The notes under the pieces: generated by a model
Database searches by the model: none
Told to the model about the DNA's origin: nothing
What the model saw: only the letters and a program-made list of their open reading frames with translations
Source of the DNA: a virus
IMG/VR virus record: IMGVR_UViG_3300021168_000013
Direction: 5' to 3' (one strand)
Length of the DNA: 64,000 nucleotides
Shown: one piece after another, positions 31,087 to 41,447 of the stretch
Numbering within the stretch: position 1 is the first letter of the stretch
How the letters are laid out: every line of letters begins with the position of its first letter
Translations under genes and position numbers: made by a program

Positions 31087-32727
31087 ATGATAGCGGGATT
31101 CCAATTAATTTGGCAAGAACCGTATCTGTTTACAGAAGAAAATGGCAAATCTTCATGGAAAAGAGAGTGTTTAATTCCTGTAAACGTTAGGGGTGCGTTT
31201 TTTGCTTATTGGAAATCTAAAAGCTTTCTAATCAAACAGAAAGGTTACAGTGTAACGAAAAAAGACCAAGATTGGTATCTAGTTCAAACGTCAAAAACTA
31301 AAGAATCTCTCACATCCACACAAAAACATCAGTCCAGTGTGGATAATTTTCAATTAACACCAGTTGTGGTTAAAGACTCCAGTGGATTACGTCCATGGCA
31401 GGTTGACGCTGTTAGTAAAATATGCTCAGCTATAAATCATTGGGGTGCATCCATTGATGGATCAGATTTGGGTGTCGGAAAAACTTATACAGCATGTGGT
31501 GTTGCTAGAGAACTGAATATGGATATATTGGTAGTATGTCCTAAAGCAGTTATGGAAAGTTGGAAGCGTGTAATTAAGAATCACTTTAAAATGAATCATA
31601 AATTAGTCGGAGTCATTAATTATGAGTCATTAAGATTGGGTAAGACTGAAAGTGACATAGCTAGTTATGTTAAACGTAGAGACACTAGACGTAAAGAGTT
31701 TATATGGAAGATACCAAAGAATACGTTGATTGTTTGGGATGAAAGTCAAAAACTTAAGAATGCCAAAACAAAAAATAGTGAGACATGTGTATCCGCATTA
31801 AAACAGGGATATAAAATGTTATTCTGTAGTGCCACCAATGCAACCAATCCTTTGGAATTAAAGACGGTAGGCATGGCCCTTAATCTATTTAAGAATAGTA
31901 AAGATTATTATGGCTGGTTGTATGAACATGGTTGTAGCAAAGGTCGCTATGGATTAGAGTTCAATGGTAATAAGGATGTTCTAAAAAAACTTCATAAAGA
32001 TATATTTGTTAATAGAGGAGTACGTCTCACAAGAGATACTATACCAAATTTTCCAGAAACTGATTTGAATGCTGAGTGTTTTACAATAGAAGAAGAATCC
32101 ACCGCTAAAATTAATCAGATTTATGCGGAAATGGCAAAAGAACTGGCTATCCTCAATAGAAAGATAAAAAAGGAAAGTAAAGATAGTATAAATAGACTCA
32201 CGGCTATAATTAGAGCAAGACAGAAAGTTGAACTGTTAAAAATACCGATATTCGTTGAACTGATAGAAGAAGCGTTAGAGTCAAACATGAGTATTGTAGT
32301 GTTTCTAAATTTTGAAGATAGCATCAAGGCACTGTGTGAGAGATTTGATACCAATTGCGTTATCAAGGGTAGTAATACAGATGAAGAGAGACAAAAGAAC
32401 ATAGATGATTTCCAAGCCGATAAACAAAGATTGATTATAGTTAATATCCAATCAGGGGGTGCAGGATTAAGCTTGCATGACATAAATGGTACATATCCTA
32501 GATTGGCGTTGATATCACCATGTTATAGTGCGGTATTAATGCGTCAGGCCACAGGACGTGTATGGAGAGATAGTGGTAAATCAAAATCCGTACAAAAGAT
32601 AGTTTTTGTCGGCAATACCATCGAAGAAGAGGTATGTGAGAAAGTTAAATTAAAGTTGGAAAATTTGGATACATTAAATGATGGAGACTTACAAAACAAT
32701 GAAAAAAGTAGTGGTATTATTGGATAA
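31087..32727 (+). CDS. SF2 (SNF2-like) helicase
   Basis: LRPWQ, GVGKT, WDESQ, SAT, QATGRVWR. Confidence 0.9.
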   Translation: MIAGFQLIWQEPYLFTEENGKSSWKRECLIPVNVRGAFFAYWKSKSFLIKQKGYSVTKKDQDWYLVQTSKTKESLTSTQKHQSSVDNFQLTPVVVKDSSGLRPWQVDAVSKICSAINHWGASIDGSDLGVGKTYTACGVARELNMDILVVCPKAVMESWKRVIKNHFKMNHKLVGVINYESLRLGKTESDIASYVKRRDTRRKEFIWKIPKNTLIVWDESQKLKNAKTKNSETCVSALKQGYKMLFCSATNATNPLELKTVGMALNLFKNSKDYYGWLYEHGCSKGRYGLEFNGNKDVLKKLHKDIFVNRGVRLTRDTIPNFPETDLNAECFTIEEESTAKINQIYAEMAKELAILNRKIKKESKDSINRLTAIIRARQKVELLKIPIFVELIEEALESNMSIVVFLNFEDSIKALCERFDTNCVIKGSNTDEERQKNIDDFQADKQRLIIVNIQSGGAGLSLHDINGTYPRLALISPCYSAVLMRQATGRVWRDSGKSKSVQKIVFVGNTIEEEVCEKVKLKLENLDTLNDGDLQNNEKSSGIIG

Positions 32728-33025
32728 CGAAAAACACGAAGTGGAGATCGATTCCGACGTATTCACTGACTATGGTTTAGAGGCATGTACTAGAGTAATC
32801 GAAAGATTAGTCGGTGCAGGTGATGATGGATTGCCGGGATTTCTATTCTGTGAAGAAATAACAGAGGATAAATTACCAGCAAGACTGAAATTCGGAACAT
32901 ATAACACTTATAAATTAATCATCAATGCAGGTTTTCACGAGAAGGCTGAAAACTTACGTGTTAGATTTTTAAAAGAAATGAATGTGGATTTGGCGGAAGA
33001 ACCTATAAAAAGCAAATTTAATTAA
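32678..33025 (+). CDS. Hypothetical protein
   Basis: ORF in operon. Confidence 0.55.
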   Translation: MMETYKTMKKVVVLLDNEKHEVEIDSDVFTDYGLEACTRVIERLVGAGDDGLPGFLFCEEITEDKLPARLKFGTYNTYKLIINAGFHEKAENLRVRFLKEMNVDLAEEPIKSKFN

Positions 33026-33027
33026 TC

Positions 33028-33801
33028 ATGGATGATATCTTGTTACAGCAGTTACTTGAAAAAGTAAACAGTTTCCAAACCGAATTAGATAAAGTTAAAA
33101 CTGAAAACGAATCTTTAAAAAAAGATGTTAATGAGGTTAAAACTTTAAATGATATTGGAAGAGATGTTGCCCAAGAGGTTGCTCAGGAAATTGATTTATT
33201 AAAACAAAATGGGGTAACAATACAACATTTGGAAAAGAAAGCGGCTAAATTACAGATCAGAGGCAAACGTGGTAAACAAGCTAAACCTATAACCAAGGAC
33301 GAGATATTGGATATTCAAAAGGTATCAGTATCTGGTCACGAATGTGCCCGTAAATTAGGAGTCACATACCAAACATATAAAAAGTACGCAAAATTATATG
33401 GTGTTCATACCTTAATTCAATATCCATGGCCAAAGGGATACAAACCAAAAGGATTTTTAACTGATCCATACCTTGGTAAATATCCAATCGATGATATATT
33501 AGCCAATAAATTCCCAGACTTCCCTATCCATAGATTGAAGGATAAATTGATAAGAAGTGGTAAAAAAGAGTCATGCTGTGAGCAATGCGGTTTTAAAGAA
33601 AGACGAATCACAGACGGTAAGATACCACTGTTATTAAACTTTGATGATGGTAACAACAAAAATCATAGTTTGGAAAACTTGCGTATTTTGTGTTATAATT
33701 GTTCATTTACGTCAGGGACGGCTTATATAAGGATAGGAGCGAAGCGATTTGATCCTGATACACTTCAAGGTTCCGCAAAGATTCTCCCTGCCAGACATTA
33801 A
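33028..33801 (+). CDS. Coiled-coil + HTH + HNH-fold protein with degenerate catalytic His
   Basis: CEQCG...LLLNFDDGNNKNHSLENLRILCYNC. Confidence 0.7.
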   Translation: MDDILLQQLLEKVNSFQTELDKVKTENESLKKDVNEVKTLNDIGRDVAQEVAQEIDLLKQNGVTIQHLEKKAAKLQIRGKRGKQAKPITKDEILDIQKVSVSGHECARKLGVTYQTYKKYAKLYGVHTLIQYPWPKGYKPKGFLTDPYLGKYPIDDILANKFPDFPIHRLKDKLIRSGKKESCCEQCGFKERRITDGKIPLLLNFDDGNNKNHSLENLRILCYNCSFTSGTAYIRIGAKRFDPDTLQGSAKILPARH

Positions 33802-33839
33802 ATTAATTCAATTGCCACTCAGTCAAATATATATTTTAA

Positions 33840-34400
33840 ATGACTAAAAAGCTTGAACATCTATTATTGAAACATGGTATATTGAAATCTCTCAGTATAG
33901 CCAAGAAGCCGAATTCTGATAATATAAAAAATCTAATGGAGCAGATTAAACCTATAGCCAAGAACAAAATCGACTTTAATAATAAGATGCGTGAGGCAAT
34001 TGAGAAGGAGATCACAGAATCATTGTTAAACAATGATATTCCCGGCATTATCGTTAACAATAGTTTAGCAAGACCAACAGTTGCTAAAAATACAGTAAAA
34101 CCTACTCCACCATCCCTAATACCCGATAAGTCTAAACCATTAGTGTATAAAACAAACAAAGAAAGATTAGCGGAATTATATACATTGGCATCACAGTTCA
34201 ATAGGGAAGCTTTACATAATAAGTTGACAAAAAATGACGTTTGCTTTACAATATATGTGATACTGAGTTTCCTTGAGATATCACAAGATGATTTCAAGAA
34301 CTTTCATAATGACTTAACTGCCAGTAATGAAAAACCTGAAGAACCAACTGATGATGAAGATGATGACGATGATGATACCAACGAAGGTGACTCAAAATGA
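33840..34400 (+). CDS. Hypothetical protein with acidic tail
   Basis: ORF in operon. Confidence 0.55.
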   Translation: MTKKLEHLLLKHGILKSLSIAKKPNSDNIKNLMEQIKPIAKNKIDFNNKMREAIEKEITESLLNNDIPGIIVNNSLARPTVAKNTVKPTPPSLIPDKSKPLVYKTNKERLAELYTLASQFNREALHNKLTKNDVCFTIYVILSFLEISQDDFKNFHNDLTASNEKPEEPTDDEDDDDDDTNEGDSK

Positions 34401-35455
34401 GTAATAATATTGCTGTCATAACTGGAGCAAATGGAATGGATGCCAAAACATTGGCCCATTTTCTATTAAGCAAGAATTACAAGGTAATATTAACATACCG
34501 CCGAAATACTTACTTCGATGAATCTAAAATTAAAGAAATATTCTCAAATGACTTGATTAAATATCCAAAATCTGAACTCCATTTACAAGTGTGTGATATA
34601 GCTTGTAATAACAGTGTTAAAGAAAGTATAAAGTCTATTTTAAAAGATCATAGTAGAATTGATGAATTATATTTATTGGCGGCTAATAGTCATGTTGGTG
34701 AATCATTTAAAAACAAAGAATTATCAATTCAGACTAATGGACAGAGTGTTTATTACTTTCTCGATGTTCTTACACAATTAAGTCCAAAAACTCGAACATA
34801 TTTTGCAGCAACTAGTGAGTTAGTCGGAGGTATTAGAGAGGGATCATATAGTGAATCCGATCAATGGAATCCTAGAAGTCCGTATGCGATTGGTAAAGCA
34901 TTGGGATGTAGATGGGTTAATTTTTACAGAGATAGTCTAGATTCTGGATTATTTTGTTGTTATGGTATATTATTTAATCACAGTAATATATACCGAGGAA
35001 AAGACTTCGTAATTCGTAAGATAACCAACGCAGCAGCCAGAATATCATTAGGACTTCAATCGGAATTAAAATTGGGGCATGTTCATTGGGCTAGAGACGA
35101 ACATTGGTCTGAATTCGGATGCGAGATAATGTGGAAGATGTTACAATTAAATAAACCTGATAATTTTGTCATTGGAAATGGAGAAACTCATTGGGGAGAA
35201 GAATATTTACAGGAAGCCTTTGGTCATTTTAATTTAAAATGGCAGGATTACGTTAAATTTGATGAATCCTTAAAAAGACCAAATGAAGTGGTCAGATTGA
35301 TAGCAGATTCAACAAAGGCTCAGAAAATACTTGGATGGAAGCCAAATAGAATACCATTTAAGGAACATATAAAATTGTTATGCAATTTTGATTATGAATT
35401 AGAGGGTGGATTGGTCAAACCAGTCAAACCTAATGTATTTGAATTATATCCATAA
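34397..35455 (+). CDS. gmd: GDP-mannose 4,6-dehydratase-like
   Basis: ITGANGMD, AANSHVGESF, PRSPYA, GILFNH, FVIRKI. Confidence 0.8.
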   Translation: MSNNIAVITGANGMDAKTLAHFLLSKNYKVILTYRRNTYFDESKIKEIFSNDLIKYPKSELHLQVCDIACNNSVKESIKSILKDHSRIDELYLLAANSHVGESFKNKELSIQTNGQSVYYFLDVLTQLSPKTRTYFAATSELVGGIREGSYSESDQWNPRSPYAIGKALGCRWVNFYRDSLDSGLFCCYGILFNHSNIYRGKDFVIRKITNAAARISLGLQSELKLGHVHWARDEHWSEFGCEIMWKMLQLNKPDNFVIGNGETHWGEEYLQEAFGHFNLKWQDYVKFDESLKRPNEVVRLIADSTKAQKILGWKPNRIPFKEHIKLLCNFDYELEGGLVKPVKPNVFELYP

Positions 35456-35484
35456 AAAATCCCCGTATAATTTAATATACGGGG
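35454..35484 (-). terminator. Intrinsic terminator between convergent genes
   Basis: CCCCGTATA-atttaa-TATACGGGG stem; T-run on the minus strand. Confidence 0.8.
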
Positions 35485-35501
35485 GCTTGATTATAGATAC
35501 T

Positions 35502-36155
35502 TTATTTATAATTGACTAAGAACGGCATCCAAGATGGGTCTTTAGCTTCCGTTATCGTTTCAAACGCAAACATTGGTCTTGGAACGGTTGGCTGTCTTAG
35601 CAATTTCAAACCAATTTCGTGGTTAAGTTTGTTACCCTTTTTAAAGTTAACTTCCTTATCGCAAAGCACCATGTTCGTCCATTGATCTGGATCACCCTTG
35701 AACTTGCTTCGTGGTAAGACGTGGTCAACAGAAGCACTGTTTCTGTCAAGTTTCTTACCAGTGTATTGACATACACCCTTGTCTCTCAACCAGATACCTT
35801 CTTTATTTGGCTTCTTGCGAAACAATTTAACGGGCATCTTTACGTAGTTGACGGCAACTGTTACGGTTGGAGCACGAACGATCATTTTTGGACTGTGAAT
35901 CTCAAAATCCCATTCACGCACTGGCAATTCACACCATTCCTTCCAAGCAACTGGTCTGATTGACTTTGCGTTATTAAAATCAGGAGTTCCATCAGCATTG
36001 AGTTCATAATCAATGTCCAATGCGAAACAGGAGTCGTCTCCCATTGACTCACTGGAGCAAAGGTCGGTCAATGCCGCACCAATGGTTCTCACGTTCACAG
36101 CTTGCCAGTTCTTGTTAAGGCACAAGCTTATAGGTTTATTAATTATGTTACTCAT
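35502..36155 (-). CDS. HNH endonuclease
   Basis: RDKGVCQYTG, SVDHVLPRS, N..K.N. Confidence 0.9.
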   Translation of the reverse strand: MSNIINKPISLCLNKNWQAVNVRTIGAALTDLCSSESMGDDSCFALDIDYELNADGTPDFNNAKSIRPVAWKEWCELPVREWDFEIHSPKMIVRAPTVTVAVNYVKMPVKLFRKKPNKEGIWLRDKGVCQYTGKKLDRNSASVDHVLPRSKFKGDPDQWTNMVLCDKEVNFKKGNKLNHEIGLKLLRQPTVPRPMFAFETITEAKDPSWMPFLVNYK

Positions 36156-36193
36156 ATTGAATATATAATACCATGGATATATAAAAAGTCAAC

Positions 36194-36490
36194 TTATTTT
36201 TGCGTATATTCTTCAAGTTGTTCTTCAAGTCTGACCCTTGCCACCCCAAAATCGACTTCAAACCACTCATTTTTGGTGTTTTTGGCAAAAGGGCGCATGG
36301 ATTCCTTGATTTTCTTCTCAGCTTCCTTGTATTCAGGATGATACAACGAGTAGATTAGTTTATAATCACGATAAGGACTGCTTGTCTGATATGTTTGTAA
36401 TCTTTTCTCCAAATTATCAGTAATCCCAATTTTAAGCCAGTTTTCCCAAGCAGGATTCTGGATTATGTATAAATAACCACTCTTCGTCAT
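36194..36490 (-). CDS. T5orf172/MUG113 (GIY-YIG-like) domain protein
   Basis: GYLYII, LKIGIT, RLQTYQT, EWF. Confidence 0.85.
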   Translation of the reverse strand: MTKSGYLYIIQNPAWENWLKIGITDNLEKRLQTYQTSSPYRDYKLIYSLYHPEYKEAEKKIKESMRPFAKNTKNEWFEVDFGVARVRLEEQLEEYTQK

Positions 36491-36533
36491 ATATAATACG
36501 TATATGACGACTTTTATACAAAAACCGAAAGAT

Positions 36534-37157
36534 TTAATTTATTACGTCAACAACACCAAATTCAAGTGCTTGATCTGCCGTTAAAAACAAATCGTGCTTG
36601 AGTAAATCGTTTAATTGCTTTGATTTAAACTTGGTATGTTCCAAATACACCCTTTTTAGCACAGTCATGAACAAATCCAAATTTTCGGTGGCATCTTTGA
36701 TTTCTTCGAGTTTTCCAATGGCACCACCACTGACTTGATGAACCAAGATGTTGGAGTTTTTGGTGATGAAACGTTTTTTACCGACAACCGATACTAAAGT
36801 TGCGGCACTGGCGACTGCTCCTTCACAGAATGTGTAAACTGGAATTGGATTGGTTTTGATTTTATCAACCAAAGCTAAAGCGGGACTGACTTCACCACCA
36901 TCACAACTGATATGCAATTCAATTGGGGGAGGTTCTGTCATATTATATATTAATTGCAATAACTTTAACTGTCTGGTTACTTCATCAATTTGCTTTGATA
37001 TGGATAAAACCAACGAACGGTCAATATCGTCATATAAATAGATTCGGTTTCCTACAGGGGTTGCGTTGTTCAATAATCCATCTGTTGAGAGAGTGATTAT
37101 TTGTTGTTTATCGTTTGAATCGTCGTCGTCCGCTAGTTTTGGTTTCCAGTGTATCAT
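36534..37157 (-). CDS. ClpP-like protease subunit
   Basis: GGEV, ASAAT (Ser), VHQ (His), HDLFLTADQALEFG. Confidence 0.85.
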   Translation of the reverse strand: MIHWKPKLADDDDSNDKQQIITLSTDGLLNNATPVGNRIYLYDDIDRSLVLSISKQIDEVTRQLKLLQLIYNMTEPPPIELHISCDGGEVSPALALVDKIKTNPIPVYTFCEGAVASAATLVSVVGKKRFITKNSNILVHQVSGGAIGKLEEIKDATENLDLFMTVLKRVYLEHTKFKSKQLNDLLKHDLFLTADQALEFGVVDVIN

Positions 37158-37220
37158 AAAAATAATTAACGGTCATCAATAAATATGCAACTCATTGATT
37201 AAACCGTTAATTATTTGCGA

Positions 37221-37988
37221 TTACAAATCTTTTAAATCTTTAATGATCAATTTTCCATTTTTAATTAAAAGATATTGACCTAAATGGCAGTCGATATTCA
37301 AATTATCACAAGTTGTCAAATCAAGATTACCATCAGCATGATGCCCAATGACTCTGTCACCTGATGTATGACCAACAATCTGTTTTAATCCATCAATTGG
37401 TTCAAATTCGTGTTTAAAATCTTGCCACACGATTCCACCAACCTTATATCTTCCACCACGAGCACCACCACATCCATATAACCAGTGACGACCACCGTTA
37501 CAAAGATGCAATTCAGCTTGAATGATCTGTTCATCCAACCATTTGCTAATCTCTGATTTAATCGGATTGATTAATGGAGGGAAATGATATGTGTTTATTC
37601 CAGCATGGGAACAAAACCAATCATCGATCCAAATATACCATTTGAATTTGTCTCTGATTGCTGGTAAAAAATTACCTAAACAATCCATAATAAGAGTATT
37701 CTTGTCCTCTGTATATCCCGTACAAATAGTTGTGGTATTATCAAATAGATAATGAATGTCATGATTACCGAATAAGGTAATAAAGTTATCTTTAAATGTC
37801 AATTTCTTTAAAAAATTACATGTTGCTTCCACATCCCATGGTGAATTTCGAGAAAAACTGTCGAACCAATCACCGAGACACACCACTTGATCATAATTCT
37901 CTCTATTGAGAATATGCTCAACGTAATCAATGTTCTGATGTGGATCAGAAAACACCAATATTGTCTTGTTGTTGCTATTAATTTCCAT
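37221..37988 (-). CDS. Calcineurin-like metallophosphoesterase
   Basis: SDPH, GDWFD, GNHD, SHAG, GHT. Confidence 0.9.
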   Translation of the reverse strand: MEINSNNKTILVFSDPHQNIDYVEHILNRENYDQVVCLGDWFDSFSRNSPWDVEATCNFLKKLTFKDNFITLFGNHDIHYLFDNTTTICTGYTEDKNTLIMDCLGNFLPAIRDKFKWYIWIDDWFCSHAGINTYHFPPLINPIKSEISKWLDEQIIQAELHLCNGGRHWLYGCGGARGGRYKVGGIVWQDFKHEFEPIDGLKQIVGHTSGDRVIGHHADGNLDLTTCDNLNIDCHLGQYLLIKNGKLIIKDLKDL

Positions 37989-38018
37989 TCACTGATTATA
38001 TCAGAAGATTATAAATAG

Positions 38019-38216
38019 TCAAGATTTATCTTTGCCAGTTGGTCCTTGGCAAATATCGCATACTCGATGGAAGTGGTTGTGGCAGTCACATTTAGGTTTG
38101 GATATTGTCTTACGACGAGTTCCCCAATTGATTTTATCCCAACGCAATTGAACATTTTTGAAATTTTCAGGACGACGTTTGCTTCCTTTGCCATTTTGTG
38201 GTGATTTATTTTTCAT
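38019..38216 (-). CDS. Hypothetical protein
   Basis: GKGSKRRP motif; overlap with upstream gene. Confidence 0.5.
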   Translation of the reverse strand: MKNKSPQNGKGSKRRPENFKNVQLRWDKINWGTRRKTISKPKCDCHNHFHRVCDICQGPTGKDKS

Positions 38217-38520
38217 ATTTTAAATTTAATAAATAATTCATCATTTCATTGGTTGCAAACACTATATGAACGTAATTTAAACTCTCGTCCAATAATACAC
38301 CCATATGCATACCTTTATATTCATCATTTTTATCATGTGGATATAACTGCCATAGATATTCTGGATTAGAACTAAAATGTTTTACCATTTCATCGGTAAG
38401 TTGTTCTTTTGATTTAAAACTTCCTGCAATTATTTTAGGTTTATCTGATTTTAGTAATCTATTAAGACAATCCTCTACTAATATTCTGTATGGAGGAGCG
38501 TGTGTCACATTATCATTCAT
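38206..38520 (-). CDS. Hypothetical protein
   Basis: ORF in operon. Confidence 0.5.
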   Translation of the reverse strand: MNDNVTHAPPYRILVEDCLNRLLKSDKPKIIAGSFKSKEQLTDEMVKHFSSNPEYLWQLYPHDKNDEYKGMHMGVLLDESLNYVHIVFATNEMMNYLLNLKYEK

Positions 38521-38696
38521 AATTGTTCTTTAATGTCATTTTTTGATACTATCCACATCTGAGCACTACCAACGTTTCTTCCTTCGGAAATATAAATTTT
38601 ATCTTCGGTATCCTCCCTTAAATAAATATATCCATGATGTTCTTGTCCATTGTATGTAAATGTGACCCGTGGTGTATTTTCTGGAAGTAACATCAT
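38517..38696 (-). CDS. 59-aa hypothetical protein (not in ORF track)
   Basis: Manual translation MMLLPENTPRVTF...; ATGA overlap. Confidence 0.5.
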   Translation of the reverse strand: MMLLPENTPRVTFTYNGQEHHGYIYLREDTEDKIYISEGRNVGSAQMWIVSKNDIKEQL

Positions 38697-38754
38697 ACCA
38701 TTATTTTCCTCTGCTGTTCATTCATATGATATAATTATAATATAAATATATATA

Positions 38755-39645
38755 ATGTCAAGATTTTTATTTTTTTATGACGTTTTATTCTATGACATAC
38801 TATTTATTAATATGGGAAATGATATAAATATATGGGAAGAAAAAAACTTAACCGAACCAGAGAAGAATTGCTTGTCGCACAACGTTTGCGAGCAAAACGA
38901 TATTATACACGTCACAAAAATAGACTTAATAAAGAATCGCTGCGAAAATATTGGGAAAATAAGTGGAATTTACGCAATAGTGAATAAATTAAATAATAAA
39001 TATTACATTGGATCATCTAAAAATATTAAACGTCGGTGGGATCGACATATGTCTGAATTAAAGATGTATAAACATGCTAATTTGAAATTACAAAATGCTT
39101 ACAATAAATATGGGAGAAAATCCTTTGTTTGTGTTATTTTGAAATTGGTAAATCCAAATATTAAATCGTTGTTGACAGAAGAGCAGAGATATTTAGATAT
39201 GGCATTTAAACATGAAGAATTGGTTTATAATATATGCCCTATGGCACAAATTCCACCGAATTGGTCAAGAAAAAAACATAAAGAGGAAACTAAGATAAAA
39301 ATGAGGTTGCACAATCACAACTTAGGAAAACCACTTTCCAAAAAAACTAAAAAACTAATTAGTAAAAATAGAACAGGAAAATTTCATACGGAAGAATTTA
39401 AAAACAAAAGATCGATAAAATATACGGGGGTGAATAATCCTAATTATGGTAATCATAAAATAGCTGGAAAAAATCACCCTCTATTTGACAATAAAAAATA
39501 TGACTTTTATAATAAAAAATTAAATACACAAGAATTGTGTACTAGATATGAACTAAGAATTAAATATAATTTGGATAAAGATGCGATATCGAAACTTATA
39601 TATGGTGTATACAAATCCACCAAAGGTTGGGTTTTAAACAAATAA
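38755..39645 (+). mobile_element. Free-standing GIY-YIG homing endonuclease with NUMOD3-like repeats
   Basis: GIYAIVNKLNNKYYIGSS; oriented opposite to neighbours; true start uncertain. Confidence 0.85.
38832..38987 (+). CDS. Small basic protein overlapping the GIY-YIG gene (not in ORF track)
   Basis: MGRKKLNRTREELLVAQRLRAKRYY...KESLRKYWENK; homolog at 49296-49430. Confidence 0.65.
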   Translation: MGRKKLNRTREELLVAQRLRAKRYYTRHKNRLNKESLRKYWENKWNLRNSE

Positions 39646-40098
39646 TATTTCCTTGAACCCTTCACTATGTGTGGGTCTTTTATATTTATTGAGCATACGA
39701 TCTAAAATTTCATCAGGAACTCGTCTACCACCATTTGCTTTGCGTTTCTCTTGATTCTTAATTAATTGATCACGAGTTCGTTCGAATACATAAGCAATGG
39801 CGTCAACATTGTACTTACTGGCCGCAATTAAATAATCTTTACGTTCTTTTGCATTTAAACTGGTAGCATCTATCATTACACTCTTACCAGCCTTCAAATA
39901 TTCATCAAGATTTCTCTTAATTAAACCAAACACTTGTGGTGTGACAGTTTGGTCATCTTCGGATGTACCAAGAATGCCGCGAATTTTATCACTGCTCAAA
40001 TATTTAACATCAGGATGTTCAGCCAGATATTTATCGGCAAACGTAGATTTTCCAGCGCCACTGATGCCCACTAATAATATTAATTGATTTTCACTCAT
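39634..40098 (-). CDS. AAA_33 / polynucleotide-kinase-like P-loop protein
   Basis: GISGAGKST, SSD.IR, DAT, RRVP. Confidence 0.85.
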   Translation of the reverse strand: MSENQLILLVGISGAGKSTFADKYLAEHPDVKYLSSDKIRGILGTSEDDQTVTPQVFGLIKRNLDEYLKAGKSVMIDATSLNAKERKDYLIAASKYNVDAIAYVFERTRDQLIKNQEKRKANGGRRVPDEILDRMLNKYKRPTHSEGFKEILFV

Positions 40099-40562
40099 AT
40101 ATTTAAAATTTTAATTACTTTGTCAGCGTCGGCATCAGTCAATCCAAATACCGAATCCGTTCTAATAAATTGATTAGGATGAACTTCTTCAAACCCATAA
40201 CATACATCATCTAAAATAGCATAAGCTTTTAATGTTTTTCTTAATAACCAAACAGAGACTTCATATTCTCTTTTGGTGGCACTAATATTCGGTGTAACAT
40301 CAATAATTTTATTGGGATATAAAAAACCCTTGTCAACCATATATTTCTTCAAATTATTCAGTGAATATTCCGTTCTCCACGAGGATGAAATAACCACATC
40401 GCAATCGGTAGACTCTATTATTCTATTAAGAATATCTATCATTTTTGGTGATAGATAGTTAGCGGGATTCTCAATACCTTCACCATTATTAAAGGTTTGA
40501 TGCCATAATGTTTTATTGTTTAAAACCCCGTCAATATCCGTAAATAATATTTTATCACTCAT
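40095..40562 (-). CDS. HAD-family (Swiss-army-knife RNA-repair-like) phosphatase
   Basis: FTDIDGVLN, ISSSWR, ILDD. Confidence 0.85.
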   Translation of the reverse strand: MSDKILFTDIDGVLNNKTLWHQTFNNGEGIENPANYLSPKMIDILNRIIESTDCDVVISSSWRTEYSLNNLKKYMVDKGFLYPNKIIDVTPNISATKREYEVSVWLLRKTLKAYAILDDVCYGFEEVHPNQFIRTDSVFGLTDADADKVIKILNI

Positions 40563-40660
40563 GTTTAAATGCCTTCATTATTGCTTGGATGGTTGTACGA
40601 ACATTCACTCCAAATAAATCATTTTCATTTGGTGGAGTCATAAACCAATTTAAAATTTTT

Positions 40661-40864
40661 CTAATCATATGGAAGTAGCTCAATCATGAAACATAGAGCC
40701 TTTAATGGCCATACTAATGATATTATTAACGGTTGCCATTTCGTATAGGGAACTTCTGGAGTTTTACCCCATCCACTATATAAAGTAATCCAATATGTAA
40801 ACGGTATACCAATTAGATATAAGAATACTAATTCAGCCCATCCCAATACATCTATGTCATTCAT
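40661..40864 (-). CDS. Small membrane protein ending in TAG
   Basis: Two hydrophobic segments; paralog of the next gene. Confidence 0.55.
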   Translation of the reverse strand: MNDIDVLGWAELVFLYLIGIPFTYWITLYSGWGKTPEVPYTKWQPLIISLVWPLKALCFMIELLPYD

Positions 40865-41046
40865 ACACTTACTAATATTGCTCCGAATATAATTAGAATC
40901 AATATTGGCCAGAATATACACAATAATAATGGTTGCCACCACTTAAATGGTGTGACATTATCACCAGAAGCTCCTACCATAACAATTCCAAATGTGATTG
41001 GAATTCCTATAAGGTAGATAATCAATATTATACATGCATCACTCAT
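40861..41046 (-). CDS. Small membrane protein
   Basis: YLIGIP...WQP...WP shared with neighbour. Confidence 0.55.
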   Translation of the reverse strand: MSDACIILIIYLIGIPITFGIVMVGASGDNVTPFKWWQPLLLCIFWPILILIIFGAILVSV

Positions 41047-41051
41047 AATTT

Positions 41052-41234
41052 TTAAAAAAGGTCATTATAATTACATTCACATTCCTGATGCGGTCTTTTT
41101 GGTTGAGCATCAGTCTGTTTTCTATATTTCCACGTTTTCAATACGGATGTGTGAATAATCAATCTTAATAGATTGAATACTGGTCTTGTTGTAATGGTTT
41201 CAACGGGCCATCCATATTTATCTCGTAATTTCAT
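41052..41234 (-). CDS. Hypothetical protein
   Basis: Tightly packed minus-strand ORF. Confidence 0.45.
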   Translation of the reverse strand: MKLRDKYGWPVETITTRPVFNLLRLIIHTSVLKTWKYRKQTDAQPKRPHQECECNYNDLF

Positions 41235-41236
41235 AA

Positions 41237-41443
41237 TTAATATGGCATCCTATACTTTTTACAAAAATCACAAAGTTTTTCACCCTCAAAATCATTGACA
41301 TCCAGTGTCAATGATTCAACATTTCCTAAACCATCATAATAGTGTCTGCAACAAGGGCAAAAATACACCTTGCGCCGGCACGTTCCATATATAAAAAATA
41401 ACACTATACAGACTACTATGATAATTAAAATTGTGGTTTCCAT
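41237..41443 (-). CDS. Small membrane-anchored Zn-ribbon protein
   Basis: N-terminal TM segment; CPCC and CDFC. Confidence 0.5.
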   Translation of the reverse strand: METTILIIIVVCIVLFFIYGTCRRKVYFCPCCRHYYDGLGNVESLTLDVNDFEGEKLCDFCKKYRMPY

Positions 41444-41447
41444 AAAA

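Noticed and set aside
21220-35484. Identical CCCCGTAT/ATACGGGG stems at two sites as a mobile repeat
   Set aside because: Both are explained as intrinsic terminators; only two copies seen
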